Below, in pieces: positions 8,815 through 17,898 of a stretch of DNA of 64,000 bases. The DNA is taken from NCBI GenBank assembly GCA_963840855.1, contig CAWJBB010000040.1:224001-288000 (forward strand), written 5' to 3'. How positions within the stretch are numbered: the stretch's first letter is position 1; each line of letters opens with the position of its first letter. The translations under genes and the position numbers were made by a program. The notes under the pieces are model-generated. The model worked only from the letters and a program-made list of their open reading frames with translations, ran no database searches and was not told the origin of the DNA. The DNA comes from an uncultured delta proteobacterium (GTDB lineage: Bacteria > Desulfobacterota > Binatia > UBA9968).

Positions 8815-9948
8815 ATGCTGGGCGACTACAAGATATTTGACGCCGATGCTCACGTCATGATGAGCCCCAAGATGTGGGACGACTTGCCGGGGGAATATCG
8901 CGTCCGCCGTCCGCGCCCACTGCGCGTTGAGGACACTGCTGGCGCCGGCATTCGCGGCACCGGTTGGCTCATCGAAGGGCGCATGGAGCCACACCCCTAT
9001 GGCCCCGGAGCGCAAGGCGCCAACACGCCGTCATCGGTGCTGGCGGAGTTTGGCGCGCCGCCGAGCCAACTCGGCTCGCCGGACCTCTCCGACCCCGAAG
9101 CCAGGCTACGCGATCTGGACAGCTTCGGCATCGATGCGCAGCTGCTTTTTCCCTCCAGTCTTTACGCCTGCATGGGTGCCGATCCGTTTTTCGAAGCGGC
9201 CATGTTTCGCGCCTACAACCGTTATGCGGGACGCCAATGCAAGGCATATTCAAAGCGGCTGAAATGGGCGGGCCTGCTTCCACTGCGCGACAGCCGAGAG
9301 GGCATCGAAGCCGTCCATGAAATGAAAGAGCTGGGCGCCACGGCGGCGGTGGTCTTCGGCAGCGCCGGTGCGCGATTGCTATCGCACAAGAGCTTCACGC
9401 CCATTTGGGATGAGTTTGCGCGTGCGGGGCTGCCGCTATGCGTGCATATGGGAAGAAGCTATCCGCCCTTCGACCAGCTCGTTGAAACGCGCCTCGAGGC
9501 CCATGTCATCGCCATGGGCATGCCGGCGATGCTCGGCTTCGTTGCCGTGGTCGCCCACGGCATGCTCGACCGTTATCCGAACTTGAAAGTAGCGTTTCTC
9601 GAGTTCGGCGCCGAGTGGCTATTCTACGTCGTCGGCAGGCTCGGCCACTACCTGCCCAGTTACCGCCGCGATCCCACCGTCAAAGAGATGGGCCGCTTGC
9701 CGGAAAGGGCCATCGAAGAATATCTCAAGTCCGGCCGATTTTTTGTCGCCCCGGAAGCCCGTGATCCAATGCTGGCGCAGGAAATTGCCCTCGTGGGCGA
9801 AGAGCACATCCTGTTTTCCTCGGATTTTCCCCATGGCGAAGGGCGGGACAACGCCGCCGCGGAGATCCTGGAACGAACCGATTTGTCCGATACACAAAAG
9901 CGAAAAATACTTTACGACAACACGGTAAAATTTTGCGGCGAACCGTAG
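8815..9948 (+). CDS. Amidohydrolase family (amidohydro_2) protein
   Basis: DADAH, LCVH, FLEFG.EW, FSSDFPH; start may be 8794. Confidence 0.88.
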   Translation: MLGDYKIFDADAHVMMSPKMWDDLPGEYRVRRPRPLRVEDTAGAGIRGTGWLIEGRMEPHPYGPGAQGANTPSSVLAEFGAPPSQLGSPDLSDPEARLRDLDSFGIDAQLLFPSSLYACMGADPFFEAAMFRAYNRYAGRQCKAYSKRLKWAGLLPLRDSREGIEAVHEMKELGATAAVVFGSAGARLLSHKSFTPIWDEFARAGLPLCVHMGRSYPPFDQLVETRLEAHVIAMGMPAMLGFVAVVAHGMLDRYPNLKVAFLEFGAEWLFYVVGRLGHYLPSYRRDPTVKEMGRLPERAIEEYLKSGRFFVAPEARDPMLAQEIALVGEEHILFSSDFPHGEGRDNAAAEILERTDLSDTQKRKILYDNTVKFCGEP

Positions 9949-10036
9949 GCGCTCCCAACGGCATTGAATCAGCCTGCACATCCGGCGCGCGCTTCATTAT
10001 GATTTGACGAATCTATACGGTCCCATCGGAGATTTT

Positions 10037-11059
10037 TTACTTCAAAATCTCTTTAAGCTTCGCTACCAGTCCCGGTTCCAGCTGCAGGACGCCCATGACG
10101 CTCTTGCCTAACTCTTCGCCATTTACGGCATTGATCTCCAGATTACCCTTGCGCGCCTCGGCGAGAAAATCTGGATCTTTGACGCTATCCATGAAGGCTT
10201 TCCGCAGGAGTTGGACCCGGTCCTTGGGAGTGTTCGGCGGCACGACGTAGGGACGTACTGAAGCGCCGTGCACCTGGAGCATGGCTTGCAGCAGTCTTCT
10301 CGCCTCTTCATTTTTAATGAGATCGCCGACCAAAGGGTATTTCGTCAACTCAGGATGTGATTTGAACGCCGCCTGGACGATGATCTGCAAATCGCCCGTC
10401 TCGATTTCGTTGCGCCAGGTCGAGCGCGTCGATTGCCAGGAATTGCTGATACCGCCGATCTCTCCGCTATGAAAGGCGAGCCTCATCTCGGAGGTTCCCT
10501 TGTAACCCGTCACCATTTGCACCGGCAAACCGATGATCGCCCGCAGCAGCACCGGGATATCGTCGGTCCCCGCGCCGAAACCCGCGCCGCCGAATTTGAC
10601 GACGGTCTTGGACGACAACCACTGGTCGAGGCTCGTAACACCGGACGTTTTGGAGACACCGAGAATGAAATCGTCGTGGGACGGCGCGCCGACGTATTCG
10701 AATTTACGCGCGTCGAACTCGATGCCGGGTTTACCGAGGAGCTGTTGGAGAAATTGCCCGCCGATAAAAGTCGCCATGGTCAATCCATCGGGCCTGGCCA
10801 CGCGGTAGATGTAATTTGCGCAAATCAGGCTATTCGCCCCGGCCATGTTTTCCACGACGACCGTGGGATTTCCCGGGATATGTTTGCCGAGGTGACGGGA
10901 CAGCAAACGAGTATAGGTATCGTAACCGCCGCCGGGTGCAAAGCCGACGATCATACGCATCGTCTTATCCTTGTAGAAGGATTGTTGGGCGTCCAGGTGA
11001 GTGGGTGCCCACAGGCATAAGGTCAGGGTCAAAGCCACGGGGAAGACCTTACTTAGCAT
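10037..11059 (-). CDS. Bug/TctC tripartite tricarboxylate transporter substrate-binding protein
   Basis: VGFAPGGGYD, HIPGNPT, PDGLT, GYKGT. Confidence 0.9.
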   Translation of the reverse strand: MLSKVFPVALTLTLCLWAPTHLDAQQSFYKDKTMRMIVGFAPGGGYDTYTRLLSRHLGKHIPGNPTVVVENMAGANSLICANYIYRVARPDGLTMATFIGGQFLQQLLGKPGIEFDARKFEYVGAPSHDDFILGVSKTSGVTSLDQWLSSKTVVKFGGAGFGAGTDDIPVLLRAIIGLPVQMVTGYKGTSEMRLAFHSGEIGGISNSWQSTRSTWRNEIETGDLQIIVQAAFKSHPELTKYPLVGDLIKNEEARRLLQAMLQVHGASVRPYVVPPNTPKDRVQLLRKAFMDSVKDPDFLAEARKGNLEINAVNGEELGKSVMGVLQLEPGLVAKLKEILK

Positions 11060-11164
11060 GGTGCCTGTCTCCTTTTCGGTTACCCTGAACCGGGCCTGGG
11101 ATGAGACCTGGAGGGAATCTGGGTGTTGCGTTCCTGGAAGATTCTGGAACGCGAGGCCCGAGAC

Positions 11165-11518
11165 TCAAGACTCGAAACGGGCTCTATAGATCGCGTCGGT
11201 TTTCGCGGCCATGATGAAATCGTTCTTGTGCAAATTCTTAATCTTGTGCGTCCACCAGGTGACGGCCACCCGGCCCCATTCGGTGATGAGACGCGGATGA
11301 TGCCCCTCATCTTCCGCCGCGGCGCCAACGGCGTCGGTGAAGGCGATGGCGTCTTGAAAATTCTTAAACTTGAATAACCGGTCGAGCTTGGGAATGGCGT
11401 CTTCAGTGATGATTTGCCAGTCGGGCACCTGGGGCTGCAGTGATTTCATCTCCTCCGGCGTCACCGACGGCGCGCCGGCGCGGCAGGCCACGCATTTCTG
11501 TTCAGTGAGTTCTTCCAT
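11165..11518 (-). CDS. phhB: Pterin-4a-carbinolamine dehydratase
   Basis: CVACR, FKFKNF, EGHHP, WWTHKI..LH.NDFIMAA; SD GGAGG. Confidence 0.92.
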   Translation of the reverse strand: MEELTEQKCVACRAGAPSVTPEEMKSLQPQVPDWQIITEDAIPKLDRLFKFKNFQDAIAFTDAVGAAAEDEGHHPRLITEWGRVAVTWWTHKIKNLHKNDFIMAAKTDAIYRARFES

Positions 11519-11535
11519 CTGAAATTCCTCCGCTC

Positions 11536-11565
11536 GTTCAATGTTCAAAGCGTTCAAAGTTCAAG
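11536..11565. repeat. Half GTTCAA tandem element (one arm only)
   Basis: GTTCAAT GTTCAAAGC GTTCAAA GTTCAAG. Confidence 0.75.
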
Positions 11566-11664
11566 GTCCTCGGAGCAGGTAAACCTCTAAGCCATCTCGC
11601 GCAGCTTGCACACCCCACAAAAACTCCCTATTACTTTGCGTACTTTGCGGTTAAATTCCCTTTC

Positions 11665-12717
11665 TCATAATTTCGGCATCACTTCCGCCGCGAACTGTTC
11701 CATGGACTCTCTGACCAGCAGGTGGGGTATGGTGCCGATGTTCATCCACAGCAAAAAATGCGACGCCGCGGTTTTTTCCTGGAGCTGCCGCAGAGTTTGC
11801 ACGGCCAACGCCGAGTCTCCCACCACTGCATGGCGTTGGCAAACGGTATCGTAGGACACCACCGCGCCTGCGGCCGTGCGCAAGCGCGCCGGCAATTCTA
11901 CGCCGCGCCGGTTAAGCCAATCCGTATAGTCGACGCGCATATCTAAAATTGTCTTAAAGTAGCTCACGATGCCCGCCTCGGCGCGGGCGCGCGCCTCGGC
12001 TGTAGTTTTGGCGAGATGCAGCGGCACCAACAGGCCCACTTCTTTGCCTTGACGCGCATGGTTGTGGCTCGCCAGACCATGCCAGTAGGCTGTGGCAAAT
12101 TCGGCGATCTGGTCCGGCGTGCGGGTATGAATGGGCAGAAAAAGATTGATGCCCAAACGCGCCGCCACTTCCACGCCGTCCATGGAGCTGGTCGCCATGT
12201 AAAACGGCGGCGGCGGTCGTTGAACCGGCTTGGGATGGACCACGACTTCCGGTATCTGAAAGAACTTGCCGTTGTGGACCAGCGTTTTTTCGGTCCACGC
12301 CTTGCGAATGATTTCGAGCCCTTCGGCCATGATCTCATGGGTAGATTTGTGATCGGCGCCGAAGCACTCATAGGCGCGGCTGTGCGGATGGCCGCCGCCG
12401 GCGGCGAAATCCATGCGCCCGCCGCTGACAAGGTCGAGCATCGCCGCCTGTTCCGCCAGACTCACGGGATGATGGACCGGCAAAGTATTGACGGCGACGC
12501 CGAGACGAAGGCGGCGTGTCCGCTGGGCCACGGCGCCCAAGACCACATAGGGCGCCGTGAGCAGAGAAAATTTCGGCTGGCAGTGAATCTCGGCGACCCA
12601 ATAGGTGCCGAACCCTAACCGGTCAGCGAGCTCGGCTTGCTCCATGAACTCTCCGAGTCGCGCCGCCGGCGACGAACCCTCCGGGCATTGAATTTCGGTA
12701 AAGAGACTACATTTCAC
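11665..12717 (-). CDS. LLM-class flavin-dependent oxidoreductase (luciferase-like)
   Basis: WVAEIH, RLRLGVAV, LAEQAAMLD.VSGGR, PKPVQRP; GTG start after AGAGG. Confidence 0.88.
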   Translation of the reverse strand: MKCSLFTEIQCPEGSSPAARLGEFMEQAELADRLGFGTYWVAEIHCQPKFSLLTAPYVVLGAVAQRTRRLRLGVAVNTLPVHHPVSLAEQAAMLDLVSGGRMDFAAGGGHPHSRAYECFGADHKSTHEIMAEGLEIIRKAWTEKTLVHNGKFFQIPEVVVHPKPVQRPPPPFYMATSSMDGVEVAARLGINLFLPIHTRTPDQIAEFATAYWHGLASHNHARQGKEVGLLVPLHLAKTTAEARARAEAGIVSYFKTILDMRVDYTDWLNRRGVELPARLRTAAGAVVSYDTVCQRHAVVGDSALAVQTLRQLQEKTAASHFLLWMNIGTIPHLLVRESMEQFAAEVMPKL

Positions 12718-12746
12718 GACTTGCGGTGTTTCCTCTCTAACCGTGA

Positions 12747-12819
12747 TTGGAAGAGTCGAACGACGGAATGATGGATTGAAGACCCAACGATCCAATATTC
12801 TGGTATGCCATTTTTCCAA
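12747..12819. repeat. 8-nt-period GGAATGAT/ATTCCA-type tandem/inverted element
   Basis: TTGGAAGA GTCGAACG ACGGAATG ATGG...CCAACGAT CCAATATT CTGGTATG CCATTTTT CCAA. Confidence 0.6.
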
Positions 12820-12827
12820 CAGCCGAC

Positions 12828-13664
12828 TTACTTCTTTCTTTTCTCGTTGGCTGCGACGACTCGTTCGGCGGCGGCAGCCAGCTGTTGGGTGATCGGAACA
12901 TCGAGCTGACAAAGTCGTGCCAACTCGGCAACGAGGGGGATGTCTTTGTTCAAAACGTTCCGGCCCGACCGCGGCAACGGATCGTTTCCCGAGGCATCGA
13001 AAGTGCGCTGCCATCGGTTGAGCACGCTGTCATGGCCGATGCGGCGCATCATCTCCAATGCTTTCGGGTATGGAATCCCGCCGGCCAGCCCGATCTGGAT
13101 CGCTTCGTGAACGATCAATGTTTCAGCGCCGCCAAGCATGTTCTTGATCAACTTGCCTACCGCGCCGGTGCCGAGCGGTCCCATATGAAACACTTCCTTG
13201 CTCATCTTGAGCAGATGGGGCTTCGCCCGCTCTACCAGTTCGTCGGGGCCGCCAACGACGAAGCTCAGTTCGCCGGCGCGCACGGTACCGGGCACGCCGG
13301 TCATGCAGGCATCAATAACAGCGACGCCCTTGGCGCGCGCCGCGTCCTCAACCCTATGCACCGTCTGCGGCAAGATCGAACTGTGGAGCAACAGCAATGT
13401 CCCCGGCTGCGCCGACTCTAAAATTCCATTCGCTCCGAGCGCGCAGTCGAGCACATCCTGATCGGTGCGCACGACGACGTCGATGAGCGTCGATTGTTGC
13501 GCGGCCTCAGCCGAGCTGCCGGCGGTAGCCATACCCAGCGCGCGCGCCTGTTCCAAAGAGGGCCCGTGAGCGTCATAACAAACCGCGCTCACGCCGTTTA
13601 ATTTCAGGCGCTCCAACAACGCCAGGCCCATGGCGCCGGTGCCGATCATGCCGATTTTTTCCAA
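12828..13664 (-). CDS. NAD(P)-dependent oxidoreductase (beta-hydroxyacid dehydrogenase family)
   Basis: IGMIGTGAMG, DACMTG, GTGAVGKLIKN; TTG start after GGAGG. Confidence 0.88.
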   Translation of the reverse strand: MEKIGMIGTGAMGLALLERLKLNGVSAVCYDAHGPSLEQARALGMATAGSSAEAAQQSTLIDVVVRTDQDVLDCALGANGILESAQPGTLLLLHSSILPQTVHRVEDAARAKGVAVIDACMTGVPGTVRAGELSFVVGGPDELVERAKPHLLKMSKEVFHMGPLGTGAVGKLIKNMLGGAETLIVHEAIQIGLAGGIPYPKALEMMRRIGHDSVLNRWQRTFDASGNDPLPRSGRNVLNKDIPLVAELARLCQLDVPITQQLAAAAERVVAANEKRKK

Positions 13665-13698
13665 TTGTCCTCCGTCTGATGAGCACACTGCGTGTGCG

Positions 13699-13827
13699 GT
13701 TCAAAGTTCAAGGTTCAATGTTCAAGTTCAATGTTCAACGTCCCACCTCTCGACCTTAAACCTTGAACGCGCAACCTTGAACCGCGCCGCAGGCGCCACA
13801 TTGAACCTTGAACGTTGAACCTTGAAC
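13699..13827. repeat. GTTCAA 7-nt-period hairpin element (longest copy)
   Basis: 6x GTTCAA followed by 6-7x TTGAAC with internal CGCGCCGCAGGCGC. Confidence 0.9.
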
Positions 13828-13840
13828 AGCAGACCCGTCG

Positions 13841-15442
13841 TTAATAGCCCAGCGCGTAGGCTACACGGCGCGGATCGGCACCGCCGAGCCAGCAACCGTT
13901 TTCGCGGTCGCGCACGATCACTTTGGCGCTGCCGAAAGACCACCGGTCGACCACTGAAATTTTATGGCCTTTCTTGCGCAAGCCATCCAGCGTCGCCGCG
14001 TCATAGCCTTCTTCCATGCGTAGCGCCTCGGGAAGCTGGTCGCGCGGCGGCGTGCCAGGCTGGTGGCTCCAGCGCGGCGCTTCCACCGCGCTCTGGGGGT
14101 CCATCTCAAGGTCAACCAAATCGTGAATAATCTGAAAATTAGTTTGCGGCTGTTCATCGGCGCCGGGACTGCCGCCCGCGGCGAAGACTTCATCGCCCTT
14201 GAAAACCATGTAGGTGTTGAGCGTGTGCGCCGGACGTTTGCCGGGCGTGAGAGAGTTCGCTTTGGACGGATCCAGGCCGAAGCTGCACAGTCGGTTGTTC
14301 ATAATCACGCCGGTGTCGCCGCCGATCACACGCGAGCCAAAGGGCGCGAAGACACTTTGGATAAACGAGATCGCGTTGCCATCGCGGTCGGCGGCGCATA
14401 AATAGGTCGTGTCGCTGCTCTGGTTGGCCGCCGCCGTTTGGCGCCGGGCAAGAGCTTCGTCCGCCAGCTCGCGCCGTTTGGCGGCATACTCCTTGGAAAT
14501 CAGCATGGGAATTTTCGGATCGCCGAACTTTGGATCGTCGAGGTAACGGATGCGGTCTTCGAAGGCGAGTTTCTTTGCCGCCACCTGATAGTGAATCATG
14601 TCGGCCCGGCTCATCCTCCCCTCGTGAAAGGGCCAGGCCTCCGCGATGTTGAGCATCTCGAGCACCATAAACCCCTGGGAAACCGGCGGCTGCTCGTACA
14701 CCAGCGTGTCGCGGTAACTCGACTTCAAAGGTTCGAGCCATTGCGCAACCTGCGGCCGCAAATCCTCTTCGCTGAGAATTCCGCCTTCAGCTTTGATGGT
14801 TGCGCAAATTTTCTCCGCCACCGCTCCGGCGTAGAACCCATCGCGGCCTTGTTGCGCGATTTTTTCCAGCACGCCGCCCAGGCCCCTTTGCGCGAGTATC
14901 TTGCCTGGCTTTGGCGTGCCTAGCGGCTGGCGGTAGCAACGGTCCACCCAGGGATATTCCGCGCTGAACTCTTCGATGCTTTCGGCGAAATCTTGTGAAA
15001 TCGGCAACCCGGCCCTGGCAATGCCGATGGCGTCCACCATCAGGCGGCTCAAATCTTTCGTTGCGTATTTTTTATGCAGTTCCAGCCAACCATCCACTGC
15101 GCCGGGCACGGCGATGCTCAGCGGGCCGTACTGCGGGATGCTTTTTAAGCCACGATCGTGGAAATAATCAATCGTCGCTTTTGCCGGCGCCGGCCCGCTG
15201 GAGTTGAGAGCCTCAACCTTGCCGGTTTTCTTTATGAACACCAGCGCAAACAGATCGCCGCCGAGACCGCTGGCTTCCGGCTTAACCACCGCCATGACGA
15301 AAGCGGCGGCCAGAGCCGCATCGACCGCGTTGCCGCCTTCTTGCAAAACTTTCACGCCCGCCAGTGACGCCAGCGCATGGCCCGAAGAGACCATGCCATT
15401 CTGCCCCATCATCACCGGGCGCGCCGCTTTTGAATACTTCAT
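13841..15442 (-). CDS. ggt: Gamma-glutamyltransferase family protein
   Basis: GGNAVDAA, SGLGGD, VPGAVDG, autocleavage D-TTY, PGKRPAHTL, GGADPRR. Confidence 0.92.
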   Translation of the reverse strand: MKYSKAARPVMMGQNGMVSSGHALASLAGVKVLQEGGNAVDAALAAAFVMAVVKPEASGLGGDLFALVFIKKTGKVEALNSSGPAPAKATIDYFHDRGLKSIPQYGPLSIAVPGAVDGWLELHKKYATKDLSRLMVDAIGIARAGLPISQDFAESIEEFSAEYPWVDRCYRQPLGTPKPGKILAQRGLGGVLEKIAQQGRDGFYAGAVAEKICATIKAEGGILSEEDLRPQVAQWLEPLKSSYRDTLVYEQPPVSQGFMVLEMLNIAEAWPFHEGRMSRADMIHYQVAAKKLAFEDRIRYLDDPKFGDPKIPMLISKEYAAKRRELADEALARRQTAAANQSSDTTYLCAADRDGNAISFIQSVFAPFGSRVIGGDTGVIMNNRLCSFGLDPSKANSLTPGKRPAHTLNTYMVFKGDEVFAAGGSPGADEQPQTNFQIIHDLVDLEMDPQSAVEAPRWSHQPGTPPRDQLPEALRMEEGYDAATLDGLRKKGHKISVVDRWSFGSAKVIVRDRENGCWLGGADPRRVAYALGY

Positions 15443-16464
15443 GGCACTCCTATTCCAAGGATCCCGGCGGCATTACCGCCGAGAATCTTTTCTTTATCGG
15501 CTGCATTTAGATCGAGACCATCGATGGCCTTGAGGCTGTTTTTAACCAAGACGCGGCCCTCTTCCGGGCCGTAGGGGTAGTTCGTCCCCAACACCATCCG
15601 GTCAGGACCGAAGAAATCTTTCACACAACGGAGCGTCGTTGCCGGATGATCCGCCGTATCCACGTAAAAGCGCCGGAAGGAATCCAGGGGATTTTCGCTC
15701 AGACCGTACTTGTGACGAATCTCCTCGGTCCGGCCGCTATAGATGTTAATCGCGCGCTGGGCAAAAAACGCCAGCACGCCGCCGACATCGGCCACGACCC
15801 AGTTGATCTGAGGAAATCTTTCTAGCACTCTCCCGTAAACCAGCCGGGTCATCGCCACCGTGCTGTCGAAGGCCCAGCCGAAAATCAAGGTCGGCATGAT
15901 ATCGATACCGGTGGCTTCGCTGGCAAGCGGCGCAGTGGGATGGATGTACACCGGTAGCTCATACTTCGCCAGCCGTTCATAAATCGGAAACAGTTCCTCG
16001 CGGTCCAACGCCTGGCCGTTGAGGTTGGCAAAGCAGCCAAAGCCTTTCAATCCCAATTCCTTAACCGATCGTTCGAGCTCGTCCAGCGATGCCCGCACGC
16101 TGCAACTCGGCAACGTGAAAAAGCCGATGAACCGCTTGGGGTATCTCTTACAGATGGCGGAGATCGCGTCATTGGCGATACGCGCCATCTTGATCGCGCC
16201 TTCTCCCTCGTAGCGGTCCGCGCCAGGTGCGGGAATCGTAAGCACATGGATGTCGATTCCCAACTCGTCCATGTGCTCGAGCCGGCGCTCGATATTTTGC
16301 CCCTGAAACGTTGCCGTATTGATACGGCACTTGAGCTTCTTGTCGTAAAAATAGCTCATGCCGCTGTGCGGATCGGGCTCTTCGAGAATCACCGCTCCAT
16401 CGAGACGTTTCATTTCGGCGAGATAGTCGGGCGGAAATACATGCGCTTGAAAATCGATGATCAT
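15439..16464 (-). CDS. Amidohydrolase family (ACMSD-like) protein
   Basis: IIDFQAH, YIHP, GTNYPY; likely start ATG 16464. Confidence 0.85.
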   Translation of the reverse strand: MIIDFQAHVFPPDYLAEMKRLDGAVILEEPDPHSGMSYFYDKKLKCRINTATFQGQNIERRLEHMDELGIDIHVLTIPAPGADRYEGEGAIKMARIANDAISAICKRYPKRFIGFFTLPSCSVRASLDELERSVKELGLKGFGCFANLNGQALDREELFPIYERLAKYELPVYIHPTAPLASEATGIDIMPTLIFGWAFDSTVAMTRLVYGRVLERFPQINWVVADVGGVLAFFAQRAINIYSGRTEEIRHKYGLSENPLDSFRRFYVDTADHPATTLRCVKDFFGPDRMVLGTNYPYGPEEGRVLVKNSLKAIDGLDLNAADKEKILGGNAAGILGIGVP

Positions 16465-16475
16465 AGTCGGACTCG

Positions 16476-16560
16476 GTTCAACGTTCAAAGTTCAAGGTTC
16501 AAAGTTAGAGAACCCGGTTGCGGGGTTGGGACGTTGAACATTGAACCTTGAACTTTGAAC
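16476..16560. repeat. GTTCAA 7-nt-period hairpin element
   Basis: 4x GTTCAAN...4x NTTGAAC. Confidence 0.9.
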
Positions 16561-16564
16561 GGTT

Positions 16565-17593
16565 TCACAACCCGTAGAGCGCTCGGGCGTTGTCGTCGAG
16601 GATCTTGTTAACGACAGGAGTAGGCACGGCGCCATCCTCTTTGAGCTTGCGCAGCGCCAGAATTTCCGAAGAGGTATCATTGTGGCCGTAGTCGGTGCCG
16701 ATCACCAGCATGTCGTCGCCGGAGTACTTGAGCACGTAGGGAAGATCGTCATCGGTCTGGCAGGTGACCCAGATCTTGTTCTTGCGCAACACCTCGCTCT
16801 TGTCGACTTTGACTCCGCTGCGCTCTAAACGCCGCGCGAAGTCGTGGATCGCATACGGGACCCATTGCGAGCTGACTTCGATAAAGGCCCATTTGGTCTT
16901 GGGAAATTTTTCTGGAATCCGGTTGAAAATCAGCGAGTGAAACGAGCCAACCACCGCGAGCTTGAACTTGTTAAAGCCGCACTCGTTGAGAAAATAATCA
17001 TGCACGACGAAGCTCCCGGTGGCGGAGTGCACGCAGATCGGCAGATCCAGCCTGCCGGCCTCCTCGTAGATCGGAAAGAAATGCGCGTCGCTAACATGCT
17101 TATCGCCCTCCAGGCCGCGCATAAAGATGCCGCAGGCGCCGTTCCGTTTGGCGAAGCGAGCTTCCTCGATCGCTTCGTCCATGGAAAGCAGCGGCAGCAC
17201 CGCCACCCAACGCAGCCGATCCGGCTGAGCTTTCCAAATATCGACGAGCCACCGGTTGTAGCTCCGGGTCACGGCCAGCTCGACTTCCGGCCGGCGCGTA
17301 AAAGGCCGCAAGAAGATTGTCGGATAGAGCACCTGGACGTCGATATCGAGCTCGTCCATATGCTTGAGGCGCGCCGCGATATCCTCCATCTCCCGCGATT
17401 CCTTCGCGGTATCGTGGCCGACGTTACGCGCCTTACCAATATGCGTGCCGTCGACGAGCCATGATTCGCCGCCGGAAGTCGGATCGTTCGGCGTTGGCAC
17501 GATGCGCGGCCGATGCTGTCGCTCCGACTCCAACATGTAATCCCAGGTGCGCTCGGTTTCCAACACATGTGCGTCAGAGTCGATGACCGCCAT
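16565..17593 (-). CDS. Amidohydrolase family protein
   Basis: VIDSDAH, ICVH, IGTDYGH; SD GGAGG before ATG 17593. Confidence 0.88.
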   Translation of the reverse strand: MAVIDSDAHVLETERTWDYMLESERQHRPRIVPTPNDPTSGGESWLVDGTHIGKARNVGHDTAKESREMEDIAARLKHMDELDIDVQVLYPTIFLRPFTRRPEVELAVTRSYNRWLVDIWKAQPDRLRWVAVLPLLSMDEAIEEARFAKRNGACGIFMRGLEGDKHVSDAHFFPIYEEAGRLDLPICVHSATGSFVVHDYFLNECGFNKFKLAVVGSFHSLIFNRIPEKFPKTKWAFIEVSSQWVPYAIHDFARRLERSGVKVDKSEVLRKNKIWVTCQTDDDLPYVLKYSGDDMLVIGTDYGHNDTSSEILALRKLKEDGAVPTPVVNKILDDNARALYGL

Positions 17594-17595
17594 CT

Positions 17596-17808
17596 TTAAA
17601 GCCCTCCTAAATTTCTCTTTGCCGAGGCGGGCGCGGGCTGGGTTTTGTCCGTTTTGGATCCCAGCGAAGCGTTGCAGCCCTGGCAAGTATAGTCATAAAG
17701 GTCGCCATCGGGGAGCACGAGCAAAAGCCGCTCGCGCACCGGCATCGCCTTGCGGCAGCTGTTACAGTAAAGCAGCGTCGCGTTGAACTGGCCGAAGCTT
17801 GGTTCCAC
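17596..17808 (-). CDS. Small CxxC...CxxC zinc-ribbon hypothetical protein
   Basis: YCNSC...YTCQGC; SD AGGAG; 70 aa. Confidence 0.75.
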   Translation of the reverse strand: MEPSFGQFNATLLYCNSCRKAMPVRERLLLVLPDGDLYDYTCQGCNASLGSKTDKTQPAPASAKRNLGGL

Positions 17809-17831
17809 GGACTCTCCTGAAACGGTTATGT

Positions 17832-17896
17832 GTCTAGAGTCTCGGGTGCCAGACGCTCAGCAAATAACTCTAGACTCTAGACTTGAGACTCTAGAC
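17832..17896. repeat. CTAGACT 7-nt-period tandem/inverted element
   Basis: GTCTAGAGTCTCGGG...CTCTAGA CTCTAGA CTTGAGA CTCTAGAC. Confidence 0.8.
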
Positions 17897-17898
17897 CC

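Noticed and set aside
12718-13014. N-terminal extension of the LLM oxidoreductase; similar extensions at 4090, 8680, 17686 and 63280
   Set aside because: They overlap neighbouring genes or promoters, and family homology begins at downstream starts.
13699-13827. GTTCAA/TTGAAC arrays as a CRISPR array
   Set aside because: Units are 7-9 nt with no unique 30-40 nt spacers, and there are no cas genes in the window.
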